This document shows, one piece after another, positions 19,013 through 29,445 of a stretch of DNA of 64,000 nt. The stretch is from Clostridia bacterium (GTDB taxonomy: Bacteria; Bacillota; Clostridia; Oscillospirales; Acutalibacteraceae), in assembly GCA_017474045.1 (NCBI GenBank), contig JAFUHX010000031.1, positions 25,485 through 89,484 on the forward strand. The letters run 5' to 3'. How positions within the stretch are numbered: position 1 is the first letter of the stretch; each line of letters begins with the position of its first letter. The notes under the pieces were generated by a model. The model was not told where the DNA came from. It was given only the letters and a program-made list of their open reading frames with translations, and did not search any database. Made by a program: the position numbers and the translations under genes.

Positions 19013-19942
19013 TTAGTGTAGTACTGTTCCTTTTTCGATTTTATAGCCATTGATAAACTGAGAAGTCTCCATTCTCTTCTTTCCTTCAAGCTGAACAACC
19101 TTAAGCTCAATGCAGTTATTGTCACCGCAAGAAATTAACAGCTTTCCGTTTGAATCAACAACCTCTCCGGGAATATTATTACCTTTTTTATCTGAAAGAA
19201 CAGCACTGTGAATTTTTAAAATTTTGCCATTTAAGACCGCATGTGTTCCAGGCCAGGAATAAAGGCCTCTGATTTTGTTGTGAATATTAAACGCTGAATC
19301 ATTCCAGTCGATTGCGCTTAGTTCTTTAGTGAGAAGCCCAACATGTGTAGCATCGGCGTCATTTTGTTTTATTGGCTTAAGCTCACCATTTTCAAGCATT
19401 TCAATGGTTTCCATAAGAACCTCTGCCCCTAAAGGAGAAAGCTTTTCATACATTTCTTCGGTTGTGTCGTTTTCACCGATCGAAAGCCTTTTTGTGTGAA
19501 GAATATCGCCTGTATCAACGCCTTCATTCATTTGCTGAGCTGTTACTCCTGTTTCTTTGTCGCCGTTTATAACTGCCCAATGAATCGGAGAAGCCCCTCT
19601 GTATTTCGGAAGTATTGAAGCGTGAATGTTAATGCAGCCATATTTCGGAAAATCAAGAACATCTTTGGGAAGAATTTTTCCATAGGCAACAACAACAATT
19701 AAATCCGGATTAATTTCTTTGAGAATTTCAATTCCGCTTCCATTTCTTAATGAGACAGGTTGAAACACCTTTAAATTATGTTTGAGTGCCTCGACTTTAA
19801 CATCAGGAAACTTCAGCTCTTGTTTTCTGCCAACGGGTTTATCAGGCTGACAAAAAACACCGACAACCTCATGTTTGCTTTCAACGAGAGCTTTTAGACA
19901 ATTAACAGAAAAATCGGGAGTTCCCATAAAAGCAATTTTCAT
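19013..19942 (-). CDS. fmt: methionyl-tRNA formyltransferase
   Basis: 309 aa: MKIAFMGTPDF, HASILPKYRGASPIHWAVING. It lies downstream of def. Confidence 0.95.
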   Translation of the reverse strand: MKIAFMGTPDFSVNCLKALVESKHEVVGVFCQPDKPVGRKQELKFPDVKVEALKHNLKVFQPVSLRNGSGIEILKEINPDLIVVVAYGKILPKDVLDFPKYGCINIHASILPKYRGASPIHWAVINGDKETGVTAQQMNEGVDTGDILHTKRLSIGENDTTEEMYEKLSPLGAEVLMETIEMLENGELKPIKQNDADATHVGLLTKELSAIDWNDSAFNIHNKIRGLYSWPGTHAVLNGKILKIHSAVLSDKKGNNIPGEVVDSNGKLLISCGDNNCIELKVVQLEGKKRMETSQFINGYKIEKGTVLH

Positions 19943-19946
19943 TTAA

Positions 19947-20450
19947 TCAATCCTTTCTGATTCGTTCGTCGCGAGCTCTTCTGATATCATCTTCAGTAAG
20001 CATTTTTGAAACGAAGTCTGTAAAAACATTGCCTTCAAGATGATCAAGCTCATGGCAGAAACATCTTGCTCTAAGGCCTTCGCCTTTAAACTTGCACCAT
20101 TTTCCTTCTCTGTTCTGAGCTCTGACGATTACTGTTTTGGGTCTTTTAACAATTCCCCATTGACCCGGAAGAGAAAGGCAACCTTCTTCGCTTTCTTCTG
20201 TTTCATCAGAAACTTCAACGATTTCAGGGTTAATAAGCTCCATAAGACCCTTACCGTCGTCTATATCAACAATAACAACTCTGCGAAGAATTCCAACCTG
20301 AACAGCAGCAAGGCCTGCTCCCTGAGCAAGATCAAGGGTATCTTTCATGTCGTCAAGTAAATCCCAGAGTTTTTGGTCGAATTTTTCAACCTTTCGGCTT
20401 TTTTTTCTTAAAATCGGATCACCGATTTTTACTATATTTCTGATTGCCAT
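19947..20450 (-). CDS. def: peptide deformylase
   Basis: 167 aa with the three PDF motifs GAGLAAVQVG, EGCLS and HELDH. Confidence 0.95.
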   Translation of the reverse strand: MAIRNIVKIGDPILRKKSRKVEKFDQKLWDLLDDMKDTLDLAQGAGLAAVQVGILRRVVIVDIDDGKGLMELINPEIVEVSDETEESEEGCLSLPGQWGIVKRPKTVIVRAQNREGKWCKFKGEGLRARCFCHELDHLEGNVFTDFVSKMLTEDDIRRARDERIRKD

Positions 20451-20465
20451 ATTAAGACCTCCAAT

Positions 20466-22922
20466 TTAGCTGAGAGTTGATGGATTTATATCAGCAACAA
20501 AGCTGATATCTGAGAAAGTTTTATTTTTTGATGCAAGAATAAGCTGTTTTGAAATCATCTCTCTGAAACGCTTTGAATTTTTGCATTTAATTATAATTCG
20601 GAATCTGAATTTATTATTAATTTTTGCCACTCTTGGTGCTGTTGGCTGAAGAATTATTAACTTCAGCTCGCTATATTCTTCCTGAATGGCTTTAGAAACT
20701 ATTTCAACAAAATATTTTGCTGCAGAAAAAGCTCTTAATTCTTTTTCGCCAATTGCAGTAACAGTGCAAATATCGCAAAAAGGCGGATAAATCAGGCATT
20801 TTCTTATTGCTATTTCATTATTATAAAATGAATCATAATCTTGTTTTTGAGCAAGGTTTATAATGTTGTTTTCGGGAATCATAGTCTGAATAACAGCTAT
20901 CCCCTTTTCTTTTCCTCTTCCGCTTCTTCCAACAACCTGAGTCAGAAGATCAAAGGTCAACTCTTCGCTTCTGAAATCATCGCCGCTGAGTTGACTGTCG
21001 GAATTAATTACACCAACAAGTGTAACATTTTCAAAATTAAGCCCCTTGGCAACCATCTGGGTTCCAAGCATAATGTCATAGTCACCTTTGCCAAAATCAA
21101 GAAGCTTGGTTTCGAAAGCATAGCGCGATGAAGAAGAGTCAGCATCAAGCCGCAGTATTCTGGCTTTCGGAAAAAGAGTTTTCAACTCTTCTTCAATTTT
21201 TTGTGTACCGTAGCCGGAATATCTGATTTTATCAGCCTCACCGCAAGAAGGACAAACATTAAGAAATGAAACGGAGTGACCGCAATAATGACACATTAAT
21301 CTTCCGTTTGCACTGTGATATGTCATCGAAATACTGCAATTCGGACAGGTAACAACATTTCCGCAACTCTCACAGGTTGCAAATGTGTTGTATCCGCGTC
21401 TGTTCATAAGCAAAATTGTTTGTTTTTTTTCTTCTAAATTTTTATCAATCATTTCCTGGAGAAATGAACTGATTATATATTTATTACCTGCGCTTCTGTC
21501 GGCTTTCATATCAACAACAGTTACATCAGGCAAAACGGCGTTTCCGAAGCGTTTTTCAAGAATCTCAAGGGAATAGACGCCCCTTTTCGCCTGAGTATAA
21601 GACTCGATACTTGGCGTTGCTGATGAGAGAAGCAACAAACCTTTATGATAGGCAATTCTGAATTTTGCAACATCTCTTGCATGAAATTTGGGTGAAGATT
21701 CAGATTTATAGGTGTGTTCCTGTTCTTCATCAATAACAATCAGACCGATATTATCAAATGGAGCAAAAACAGCAGAACGAGTACCCACGGCAATCTGTAC
21801 CTTGCCCTCTTTTACCCTTCTGTATTCATCTTTTCTTTCACCCATAGAAAGTGCACTATGAAAAACCGCAACTGCTGACCCATATCTACCTTTAAAAACT
21901 GAAATAAGCTGTGGGGTGAGTGCAATTTCAGGAACCATGACAATGACCTGCTTGCCATCTTTAATAACTTCATCAATTAATTTGATAAAAACAGAGGTTT
22001 TTCCGCTTCCTGTTACGCCATACAAAAGAGAGACTCCACCACCGTTTTTATATTTGTTTAATAGATTTTTGTAGGCTTTTGTTTGTGACTCTGTCAGTTC
22101 AATAGGTTTTCCGGCATCGGAATTAATTGAAAAATGCTTTGGAATTCTGAAAACGTCGCAATCGCTGATTTTAATAATTTCTCTTTTTGAAAGAGTTGCT
22201 ATAACAGCACTGCTCACACCGGTAAAATAGCAAATTTCTTTAACACTTGCAGAGCCGACATCGCGAAGAAGCCTAACAACGCTTTTTTGCTTGTCGCTTA
22301 GTTTTTCTTCAATAATATTAAGTTCATCTTCTGCAAGAGAAAGAGAAGCTGTTTTTACCTTTAAATCGCCGACTTTTGCATTAGCATCATAATTCCGATG
22401 AACAAACCCTTTTGAGACGAGCTTTTCAATAACATCGCTGTTTTCAGGAAGGTTACATTCTGAAAATATCTCTTCTTTAGAAAGATAGGTTACTCTTTCA
22501 AGCATATAGTCATAAACAGAAAGTTCCTTTTTTGTAAGCATTGATTTATCATCAGCTTCAAGGGCAACATAAGTTATATTAAATTTAAAATTCAGTCCGG
22601 CCGGAAGCTGAATTTTTGCCGCTTCAAAATAGGTGCAAAAGGTTCTGTCTTTAAGAAAAAGCGCAATTTTAATCATTTCTTTCGTTAAAAGCGGCTTGTT
22701 GTCAAGAACCTTTGTAAGATATTTATATTTAATGTTTTTTTCAGCTTTTCCAAAAGAAAAAATTATTCCCTGACGCTGCGAAGTACTACGGCCGAAGGGT
22801 ACCTGAACTCTGACACCAACAGCAGCGCAATTTAGCATATCATCGGGAATAAGATAAGCATAAAGAATATCAAAATGATATGCAACATTTTCTATTGCAA
22901 CAAAAGCAAGAGATTGTCCCAT
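20466..22922 (-). CDS. priA: primosomal protein N' (replication restart helicase PriA)
   Basis: 818 aa with Walker A GVTGSGKT, DEEQE, and a Cys-rich zinc-binding insert (CESCGNVVTCPNCS...CHYCGH...CPSCG). Confidence 0.9.
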   Translation of the reverse strand: MGQSLAFVAIENVAYHFDILYAYLIPDDMLNCAAVGVRVQVPFGRSTSQRQGIIFSFGKAEKNIKYKYLTKVLDNKPLLTKEMIKIALFLKDRTFCTYFEAAKIQLPAGLNFKFNITYVALEADDKSMLTKKELSVYDYMLERVTYLSKEEIFSECNLPENSDVIEKLVSKGFVHRNYDANAKVGDLKVKTASLSLAEDELNIIEEKLSDKQKSVVRLLRDVGSASVKEICYFTGVSSAVIATLSKREIIKISDCDVFRIPKHFSINSDAGKPIELTESQTKAYKNLLNKYKNGGGVSLLYGVTGSGKTSVFIKLIDEVIKDGKQVIVMVPEIALTPQLISVFKGRYGSAVAVFHSALSMGERKDEYRRVKEGKVQIAVGTRSAVFAPFDNIGLIVIDEEQEHTYKSESSPKFHARDVAKFRIAYHKGLLLLSSATPSIESYTQAKRGVYSLEILEKRFGNAVLPDVTVVDMKADRSAGNKYIISSFLQEMIDKNLEEKKQTILLMNRRGYNTFATCESCGNVVTCPNCSISMTYHSANGRLMCHYCGHSVSFLNVCPSCGEADKIRYSGYGTQKIEEELKTLFPKARILRLDADSSSSRYAFETKLLDFGKGDYDIMLGTQMVAKGLNFENVTLVGVINSDSQLSGDDFRSEELTFDLLTQVVGRSGRGKEKGIAVIQTMIPENNIINLAQKQDYDSFYNNEIAIRKCLIYPPFCDICTVTAIGEKELRAFSAAKYFVEIVSKAIQEEYSELKLIILQPTAPRVAKINNKFRFRIIIKCKNSKRFREMISKQLILASKNKTFSDISFVADINPSTLS

Positions 22923-22944
22923 ATCATTTCACATCCTTTAATAT

Positions 22945-23154
22945 TTAGATATTTCTGATTTCTTCAGGCTCAACAATTTCAATTTCGCCGTCAATAAGCT
23001 CAGTGAGAGCATAGGTGACGGGCTTAACATCGCCACACTTGATTTTGAGTTCATTATCATCTGTTATTTCTCTTGCTCTTTTTGCAATAGCAGTAACAAG
23101 TGAATAACGGCTTGTTCGGTTTTTAAGAACATTTCTGAAATCTGGATTAAGCAT
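22945..23154 (-). CDS. rpoZ: DNA-directed RNA polymerase subunit omega
   Basis: 69 aa containing SRYSLVTAIAKRAREI. It lies downstream of gmk, overlapping it by 8 nt. Confidence 0.85.
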   Translation of the reverse strand: MLNPDFRNVLKNRTSRYSLVTAIAKRAREITDDNELKIKCGDVKPVTYALTELIDGEIEIVEPEEIRNI

Positions 23155-23758
23155 TATTAACTACCTCACTTATTATATTTTTCATATTATCTGTTTTAAG
23201 CTGATTTGCTCTGATGATAGACATTATGTCGTTAATTGCGTCTTCAAGAACATCGTTAACAACAATATAGTCATATTCCTCTGCTCTTCTAAGCTCATCA
23301 ATGGCAATTTTAAGTCTGGTTTCAACCTCTTGAACACTGTCGGTTCCTCTGGCTGTCAATCTCTTTTCAAGAACCTCCAACGATGGCGGAACTAAAAATA
23401 TTTTTTGGGCCTGAGGATAGATTTTTTTAACAGAAGCTCCGCCCTGAACCTCAATATTAAGAAAAACTGTTTTTCCTGTTTCAATCAGCTTTTCAATGGG
23501 ACCCAAGGGAGTTCCGTAATAATTATTGCCATATTTTGCGTATTCAAGCATTTGGCCATTTTTAATGTTTTCTTCAAATTCTTCCGGAGAAACGAAAAAA
23601 TAATCAACTCCGTCAACTTCATCGCCACGCATATTGCGTGTGGTCATTGAAACAGAAAGGAAGGCTTCTTCGCCCATTCTTTCAAGAATAGCTGTTATGA
23701 GGGTATCTTTTCCGCACCCGGAAGGACCGGAAACAACAATCAACTGACCTTTATTCAT
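23147..23758 (-). CDS. gmk: guanylate kinase
   Basis: It has the P-loop GPSGCGKDT plus TTR..R..E.DGVDYFF. I chose the ATG at 23758 ([14 protein letters not shown]), which overlaps the remA stop by 8 nt. The track's longer start at 23812 lies inside remA. Confidence 0.95.
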   Translation of the reverse strand: MNKGQLIVVSGPSGCGKDTLITAILERMGEEAFLSVSMTTRNMRGDEVDGVDYFFVSPEEFEENIKNGQMLEYAKYGNNYYGTPLGPIEKLIETGKTVFLNIEVQGGASVKKIYPQAQKIFLVPPSLEVLEKRLTARGTDSVQEVETRLKIAIDELRRAEEYDYIVVNDVLEDAINDIMSIIRANQLKTDNMKNIISEVVNNA

Positions 23759-24023
23759 TTTCTTCTTCCTCCGAATACAAATCTTCATCATCGCTGTTAA
23801 GGCGGTTAGCAACAGTTTCGGATTGTAAATAAGAGAGAATAACGTGGTCGCTGTCCATAATTATGACAGCTCTTGTTCTTCTTCCCTGAGTTGCATCAAT
23901 AAGAGTTCCCTTTTCTTTACATTCTTGAATAATGCGCTTGATTGGTGCAGAATCGGGGCTGACAACAGCAATCATTCTTGACGCATTTATCATGTTTCCA
24001 AATCCGATATTTATTAGCTTCAT
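23751..24023 (-). CDS. remA: RemA / DUF370 family regulator
   Basis: 90 aa: [55 protein letters not shown]. It sits in yicC-remA-gmk-rpoZ synteny. Confidence 0.85.
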   Translation of the reverse strand: MKLINIGFGNMINASRMIAVVSPDSAPIKRIIQECKEKGTLIDATQGRRTRAVIIMDSDHVILSYLQSETVANRLNSDDEDLYSEEEENE

Positions 24024-24040
24024 AATTCTATCCTTCGAAT

Positions 24041-24919
24041 TTATTCAATATTTTGAACTTGTTCTCTGATTTTTTCAACCTCAGACTTAATATTGATAAC
24101 CTTTTTGGCTATTTCAACATCCTGAGCTTTTGAACCGATTGTGTTGGCTTCGCGATTAAATTCCTGAACAAGAAAATCCATTTTTCTTCCGATAGCAATA
24201 TCTGACTGCATAAACTCATGCATCTGAGAAATATGGCTGCGCAGTCTGACAGTTTCTTCAGCAACAGCAATTTTATCAGCATAAATTGCTGCTTCGGTGA
24301 GAAGTCGCTGCTCATCAACATGAACATCTGCGAGAACGGTTTTCATTCTTTCAAGAAGCTTTGCATTATATTCAACAACAGTTTGGGGTGAGCGAACCTC
24401 AATGAAAGAAACTTCTTCAAGGATTGTTTCGCAGCGTGAAAGAATATCAGCCTTAAGTTTTTCCCCTTCTCTTTCTCTCATTGAAATAAAGGACTCAAGG
24501 GCAACATCAAGAACACTTTTAACATCTGCCCAGACCTTATCTTCATCAGCTTCTTCTTTGTGGATTGAGAAAATATCGCTATATCTTGAAAGTGCCGTTA
24601 CGCCAGCGTCGTTCACTATTCCATATCTTTCGCTCAATTCAGCAAAAGCCTTAACATAGCCGCCTGCAAGAGAATGATTGATTGCAACAGTACATTCCTC
24701 AGCTTCAAGAGCTTCAATATAAACATAACATTCAACCTTGCCTCTTGAAACTCTCGACTGAATATAGTTTTTAAGCTTTTCATCAAGAAAGCCATAAATT
24801 CTGGGGGTTTTTGAATAAAATTCAAAATATCTGTGGTTAACACTTTTTATTTCAACGCTGATATTTGCGCCGTTAACTGTTTGTTGGGCTCTTCCGTACC
24901 CAGTCATGCTTTTTATCAT
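24041..24919 (-). CDS. yicC: YicC family stress-induced protein
   Basis: It has MIKSMTGYG at the N-terminus and the DUF1732 C-terminal motif [12 protein letters not shown]. The ATG at 24919 has GGAGG 8 nt upstream, and that RBS overlaps the track's TTG start at 24934. Confidence 0.85.
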   Translation of the reverse strand: MIKSMTGYGRAQQTVNGANISVEIKSVNHRYFEFYSKTPRIYGFLDEKLKNYIQSRVSRGKVECYVYIEALEAEECTVAINHSLAGGYVKAFAELSERYGIVNDAGVTALSRYSDIFSIHKEEADEDKVWADVKSVLDVALESFISMREREGEKLKADILSRCETILEEVSFIEVRSPQTVVEYNAKLLERMKTVLADVHVDEQRLLTEAAIYADKIAVAEETVRLRSHISQMHEFMQSDIAIGRKMDFLVQEFNREANTIGSKAQDVEIAKKVINIKSEVEKIREQVQNIE

Positions 24920-25000
24920 AACCATAGCCTCCAAGGTTGGTTTCTATCCATATCTTTTTTATTATATATCTTTTATATATTTTTGTCAAATTTAACAAGC

Positions 25001-25744
25001 TTATTTCTTTTTAATTTTCATACCAGCAGCAAGCATAAGCTTTCTCACTTCATCCTCGTTAAGCTCACGCCATGCACCTTGTTTTAACATTCCGAGTTTA
25101 ACTGAGCCAACAGCTGTTCTTTTTAGTCTTGCAACCTCAAGACCGATTGCTTCACACATTTTTCTGATCTGTCGGTTTCGGCCTTCATAAAGTATGATTT
25201 CAAGAACAACCCTGTTTTCTTCTTTGGTTACTACCCTGACCTCCGCAGGAGCTGTTTTAACGTCTTCAATAATAATTCCCTGCGTAATAGCGGTTAACTG
25301 TTCTTCGGTAATTCCGGGACGTACAGTAACACGATATGTTTTTGCAACATGCTTTGACGGATGGGTTAATGCATTGGCAAATTCACCGTCATTTGTAAAA
25401 AGCAACATACCTTCACTGTCACGGTCAAGTCTTCCGATCGGATAAACTCTGACCGGAACATCTTTTATCAGCTCAGCAACACATTTTCTGTTCATTTCGT
25501 CGCTCATAGTTGTAATAAAGCCTCTGGGTTTATGAAGCATTATATATTTAAGATTATCGTTTTTAATAACCTTTTTGCCTGAAACTGTTACAGAATCTTT
25601 TTTAGGATTAATTTTGTCTCCGATTGAAGCTACAACACCGTTAACCTTAACTTTTCCGGCTAAAATCAACTCTTCGCTTTTTCTTCTGGAGGCAATTCCC
25701 GATTCTGAGAGAAATTTCTGCAATCTGATTTTGTTATCTGCCAT
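25001..25744 (-). CDS. rluB: pseudouridine synthase, RsuA/RluB family
   Basis: 247 aa with an S4 domain (RLQKFLSESGIASRR) and the catalytic motif GRLDRDSEGMLLFTNDG. Confidence 0.85.
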   Translation of the reverse strand: MADNKIRLQKFLSESGIASRRKSEELILAGKVKVNGVVASIGDKINPKKDSVTVSGKKVIKNDNLKYIMLHKPRGFITTMSDEMNRKCVAELIKDVPVRVYPIGRLDRDSEGMLLFTNDGEFANALTHPSKHVAKTYRVTVRPGITEEQLTAITQGIIIEDVKTAPAEVRVVTKEENRVVLEIILYEGRNRQIRKMCEAIGLEVARLKRTAVGSVKLGMLKQGAWRELNEDEVRKLMLAAGMKIKKK

Positions 25745-25754
25745 GTTTTATCTC

Positions 25755-26900
25755 CTATTTATTAAAAAATTCATTGAATTTATTTTTTAGATATGTAAAA
25801 ATATTTTGTTTCGGAAAAAATGTTTCTTCACATTGTGAAACGTCAGTTTTAGCAGTAATATTTGTTTTATATATTACCTCATTATTAAAGATAAGTTCAA
25901 CATAGCCCAATGTTTCACCCTTTCTGACAGGTGCATAAACAAATTTGGGCATATATATTTTTTGTTTGATTTTAACATCTTCTGAATACATAAAAGTAAA
26001 TGATTCATTATCAGTTGAAATTTCAACTGAGTTTTTAGTTCCGCCCTGAACGCTGATTTTATCAGGAACAATAAAAAAAGCTTCTTGCTTTTTTGAGCTT
26101 TTAAATGCATAATCCAAAAGAATTTTATGGTCTTTCCAATCATTTGGTGCATTCAGAGTAACAGCTATAAAATTACCGTCACTTTTTTCTGCAGCGCTGA
26201 CAAGACATCTTCCGCTTTTTTTAGTAAAACCGGTTTTTATTCCGTAACTGCCTTCATAATAGCTGAGCATTTTGTTGTGGTTAGAAAAACTTAAAGCAAT
26301 ATCAGGTGTTTCAAGCTCTGCTCTCATTGATTTAGTTGAAGAGATTTCTTTTAAAACGCTGTTTTTCATCGCGTAAGCCCCAAGAAGAGCCATATCATAT
26401 GCAGTTGAATAGTGATTTTCGCTGTCTAAACCGGAAGGCGTTACAAAACTTGTGTTTTTCATTCCTATAGCGCTTGCCTTTTTATTCATCATTTCAGCAA
26501 ATTTATCTAAGCTTCCGCCCAGATAAATCGCTACTGAATTCGCCGCGTCATTTCCCGATTCAAGCATCATCGCGCAAACGAGGTTATAAAGGCTGATTTT
26601 ATATCCGCTTTTAAGTCCTATGGAAGTTCCCTCAGCTCCGCACATTTCAGGTGTAATAGAAACAATTTGATTTAATTTTCCGGATTCAACAGCTAAAACA
26701 GCGGTCATAATTTTTGTCGTGCTTGCCATTGAACGCTTTTCATAAGCGTTTTTTTCGAAAATAACTTCATAAGTCTGCGAATTCAAAACAACAGCACTCT
26801 GAGCGCTTATATCTTTTTCATTAAGCGCATCGGCTGAAATGGTGAAAAAACAAATTATAAATACTGATACTAAAAATTTTTTAATCAACAAAGCAACCAC
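25755..26900 (-). CDS. D-alanyl-D-alanine carboxypeptidase (PBP5 / S11 family)
   Basis: It has a signal peptide and the motifs SxxK (ASTTKIM), SxN (ESGNDA) and KTG (KTGFT). The start is uncertain: GTG at 26900, or TTG at 26891 or 26888, which lie 5 and 8 nt downstream of AGGTGG. Confidence 0.8.
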   Translation of the reverse strand: MVALLIKKFLVSVFIICFFTISADALNEKDISAQSAVVLNSQTYEVIFEKNAYEKRSMASTTKIMTAVLAVESGKLNQIVSITPEMCGAEGTSIGLKSGYKISLYNLVCAMMLESGNDAANSVAIYLGGSLDKFAEMMNKKASAIGMKNTSFVTPSGLDSENHYSTAYDMALLGAYAMKNSVLKEISSTKSMRAELETPDIALSFSNHNKMLSYYEGSYGIKTGFTKKSGRCLVSAAEKSDGNFIAVTLNAPNDWKDHKILLDYAFKSSKKQEAFFIVPDKISVQGGTKNSVEISTDNESFTFMYSEDVKIKQKIYMPKFVYAPVRKGETLGYVELIFNNEVIYKTNITAKTDVSQCEETFFPKQNIFTYLKNKFNEFFNK

Positions 26901-26926
26901 CTGCCATTTTAAGATATGCAGGCGGT
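26896..26926 (-). promoter_or_regulatory. hairpin between ytfJ and the PBP5 gene whose 3' arm contains the PBP5 RBS
   Basis: On the minus strand: ACCGCCUGC-13 nt-GCAGGUGGU (9 bp, one G-U pair), followed by UGCUUUGUUGAUU. AGGTGG within the 3' arm is the only RBS-like element for the downstream gene. Confidence 0.35.
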
Positions 26927-26950
26927 TGGCTCAAAATTATTAAATTTTAA

Positions 26951-27355
26951 TTATTCAGCAGGAATAACTTCAGAAGGAGCAGACTCTTTCTTAGTCTTTT
27001 TAACAAGTCCTGTTACCTTGTCAAACATTTCAGGAACAAGATTAACAACTCTTTCAGCAGCATTGTCATAGGCCGTAATATGCTTAAGGGTAACTTCACC
27101 GTCGCTGATTACAAGGAAAGCAACGGGAGTGATTGTTACACCGGCACCGCCGCCACCGCCAAAGAGCTCCTGATTGCTTTTTGAGGGGAAATCAGCTCCG
27201 CCTGAAGCAAATCCATAGGTAACTTTTGAAACGGGAATTATTGTAACACCGCCTTCGGCATAGATAGCCTCGCCGATAATAGTGCTTGTGTCAACAAGAT
27301 CACGGATTTTTTCGATTGTTGAGCTTAAGATTGATGCTGCAGATTTTTCTGACAT
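26951..27355 (-). CDS. ytfJ: GerW/YtfJ family sporulation protein
   Basis: 134 aa containing TIIPVSKVTYGFASGGADF...GGGGGAGVTITPVAFLVI, which is typical of YtfJ. Confidence 0.85.
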   Translation of the reverse strand: MSEKSAASILSSTIEKIRDLVDTSTIIGEAIYAEGGVTIIPVSKVTYGFASGGADFPSKSNQELFGGGGGAGVTITPVAFLVISDGEVTLKHITAYDNAAERVVNLVPEMFDKVTGLVKKTKKESAPSEVIPAE

Positions 27356-27373
27356 TTGTATTTCATCCTTTCT

Positions 27374-28090
27374 TTAATTAGCATTTTGAGGTTGAGGCTT
27401 AGGGTTTGTATTTTCAGCCTCAGCAGTTTTATTTTTCTTTGCACCCATAAGGAATTTGAGCACAACTTTGAAAACAAGTCTGACAACCATGGCAATTGAA
27501 GCATTAATAATTTTTCTTAAAACAATGTGAAAATCAAACTCAAATTCACCAACGCTTCTGTTAGCCAAAAAATCAGGCGAAATATTTACACCATATTTTT
27601 TAACAACATTGTTATTACACAAAAAGCTGACTAAGGGATAAACCTTTTGACAAGTTTTTCCGTATTTTATTGCAGTTGAAGCAGAGTCACCTGTTCCGAC
27701 AGTTATGTAAATTTCAATTTTATCAAAAACAACACTTTTTAAAAGCTTTCCGCCATACAGTCCGAAAACGTGTTTAAGGTTTGCCAAAATCTCCATCATT
27801 CCGTCGTATCCGTTTGCTTTAACCATTTCAAGCAACGGGTTTGGCTTCTTTTCTTTTGGCTTATCGTCTTTCGGAGGCTTTTCTTTTGGCTTTTTAGGCG
27901 GTTTTTCTTTTTCAGGCTTTTCTTTTTTCTCTCCGACAGGCAAAATTTTAAGCTTGATAAACAGATACCTTACAGAAAGATAGATTTTATCAGAATAATT
28001 CAGGCTGACATGAACCGGAATTGACAAAATTAAAACAAAAAACAAAACTATTCCAAGAAGAACACACAAAAAAATCTGAAAACCGGTCAC
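27374..28090 (-). CDS. ytfI: DUF2953 (YtfI-like) sporulation-associated membrane protein
   Basis: 238 aa with an N-terminal TM helix, a K/P/E-rich linker (EKKEKPEKEKPPKKPKEKPPKDDKPKEKKP), and a position upstream of ytfJ, as in B. subtilis. Confidence 0.65.
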   Translation of the reverse strand: MTGFQIFLCVLLGIVLFFVLILSIPVHVSLNYSDKIYLSVRYLFIKLKILPVGEKKEKPEKEKPPKKPKEKPPKDDKPKEKKPNPLLEMVKANGYDGMMEILANLKHVFGLYGGKLLKSVVFDKIEIYITVGTGDSASTAIKYGKTCQKVYPLVSFLCNNNVVKKYGVNISPDFLANRSVGEFEFDFHIVLRKIINASIAMVVRLVFKVVLKFLMGAKKNKTAEAENTNPKPQPQNAN

Positions 28091-28121
28091 ATCATCACCT
28101 CGCTTTTAACCTTCTATTATG

Positions 28122-28721
28122 TTACTCTAAATTTTCGTTTTCGTCAACACTTAATTTCAAATCATTTTCAGTATTATCTGAATTTTTTTCATTTTCATTG
28201 GAATTTTCATCTTTTTCAGGAATTTTGGGAAGCTCTGAAAGCTCAGATATTCCGAAACAACGCATAAAATCAGGTGTTGTTGCATAAATCAAGGGTCTTC
28301 CCGGCAACTCAAGCCTACCCTTTTCTTCAATAAGCTTTTTCTGACACAAAGTTGCAATTACGCCAGAACAGTCAACACCACGAATTTGTTCAACAAAAGC
28401 TTTTGTTACAGGTTGATTATAGGCAATGATTGCCAGAACTTCAAATGCAGCCTGAGACAAGGGTGCATTCTTTTTTACCTCAAGAACCTTTCTGATTTCA
28501 TCAGCATATTCTATGGCAGTGCAAAGCTGATATTGTGTTCCAAGCTTAAGAAGTCTTAATCCGCTTTCATTTTCTTCATATTTAGCTTTAAGATTCTCAA
28601 GAACCTGTGTTAAAACAAGTTCATCTATTTCAAGAGCCAAAGACAAGCGGTCAATAGGACATGGCTCGCCTGCCGCAAAAAGAACTGCCTCAAGCATGCT
28701 TTCCATTTTTTTTAAATTCAT
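28122..28721 (-). CDS. scpB: segregation and condensation protein B
   Basis: 199 aa: LEAVLFAAGEP, SQAAFEVLAIIAYNQPVT, RGVDCSGVI, GRPLIYATT. It lies downstream of scpA. Confidence 0.9.
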   Translation of the reverse strand: MNLKKMESMLEAVLFAAGEPCPIDRLSLALEIDELVLTQVLENLKAKYEENESGLRLLKLGTQYQLCTAIEYADEIRKVLEVKKNAPLSQAAFEVLAIIAYNQPVTKAFVEQIRGVDCSGVIATLCQKKLIEEKGRLELPGRPLIYATTPDFMRCFGISELSELPKIPEKDENSNENEKNSDNTENDLKLSVDENENLE

Positions 28722-28724
28722 TAT

Positions 28725-29441
28725 TTATTTTTCTCCTCTGTTACAAAAAGATATAAATTCATCCTCGTCTTTTCTGTCAACCGAAACCTTATTTGCCTTA
28801 ATAAGTTCAAGAACAGCAAGGAAGGTTGCGACCATTTCAGACACAGACTGAGACTTTACAAACAGTTCGCTGAATTTTACTTTTTGTTTTTTTAAAAGAC
28901 TTCGATATATAAAAACTATTCTTGAATTAACAGAAACAATTTTTTTAGCAATAATTGTGCTGAATGCTTCAAGCGGCACCGGCATTTTAATTTTTTTCTT
29001 TCCGACAACAGAAAGATAATATTTAAGCAATTCAGAAGGATCATGCTTTCTTTTATAGGTCATGTCTCTTTCAAGAACAGTTGGTTCTCTTTCAAAGTGA
29101 TTGAAACCGTCAGTTTGTTTAGAAAGCTTTTCAGCCATGATCTTACAGTCGCGATATTCGATAAGTTCACCTGTCAGCTCTTTTTTCAGCTCTTCGCTTT
29201 CTTCTTCATGAACCGGAAGAAGAGAAACGGTTTTAATATAAACAAGGCGCGCCGCCATTTCAATAAACTCGCTGGCAACTTCCATGTCTGATTCTTTCAT
29301 TTGGCGAACATAGTCAATATACTGCTCAACGAGCTCAAAAATCGGAATATCGTTTATATTTAATTTGTGTTTGCTGATCAGATGTAAAAGCAGATCAAGC
29401 GGACCTTCAAATACATCAATTTTATATTGAATTTTTTCCAT
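28725..29441 (-). CDS. scpA: segregation and condensation protein A (kleisin)
   Basis: It contains FEGPLDLLLHLI near the N-terminus. I chose the ATG at 29441; the track's TTG at 29453 would overlap the upstream stop. Confidence 0.9.
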   Translation of the reverse strand: MEKIQYKIDVFEGPLDLLLHLISKHKLNINDIPIFELVEQYIDYVRQMKESDMEVASEFIEMAARLVYIKTVSLLPVHEEESEELKKELTGELIEYRDCKIMAEKLSKQTDGFNHFEREPTVLERDMTYKRKHDPSELLKYYLSVVGKKKIKMPVPLEAFSTIIAKKIVSVNSRIVFIYRSLLKKQKVKFSELFVKSQSVSEMVATFLAVLELIKANKVSVDRKDEDEFISFCNRGEK

Positions 29442-29445
29442 TAAA

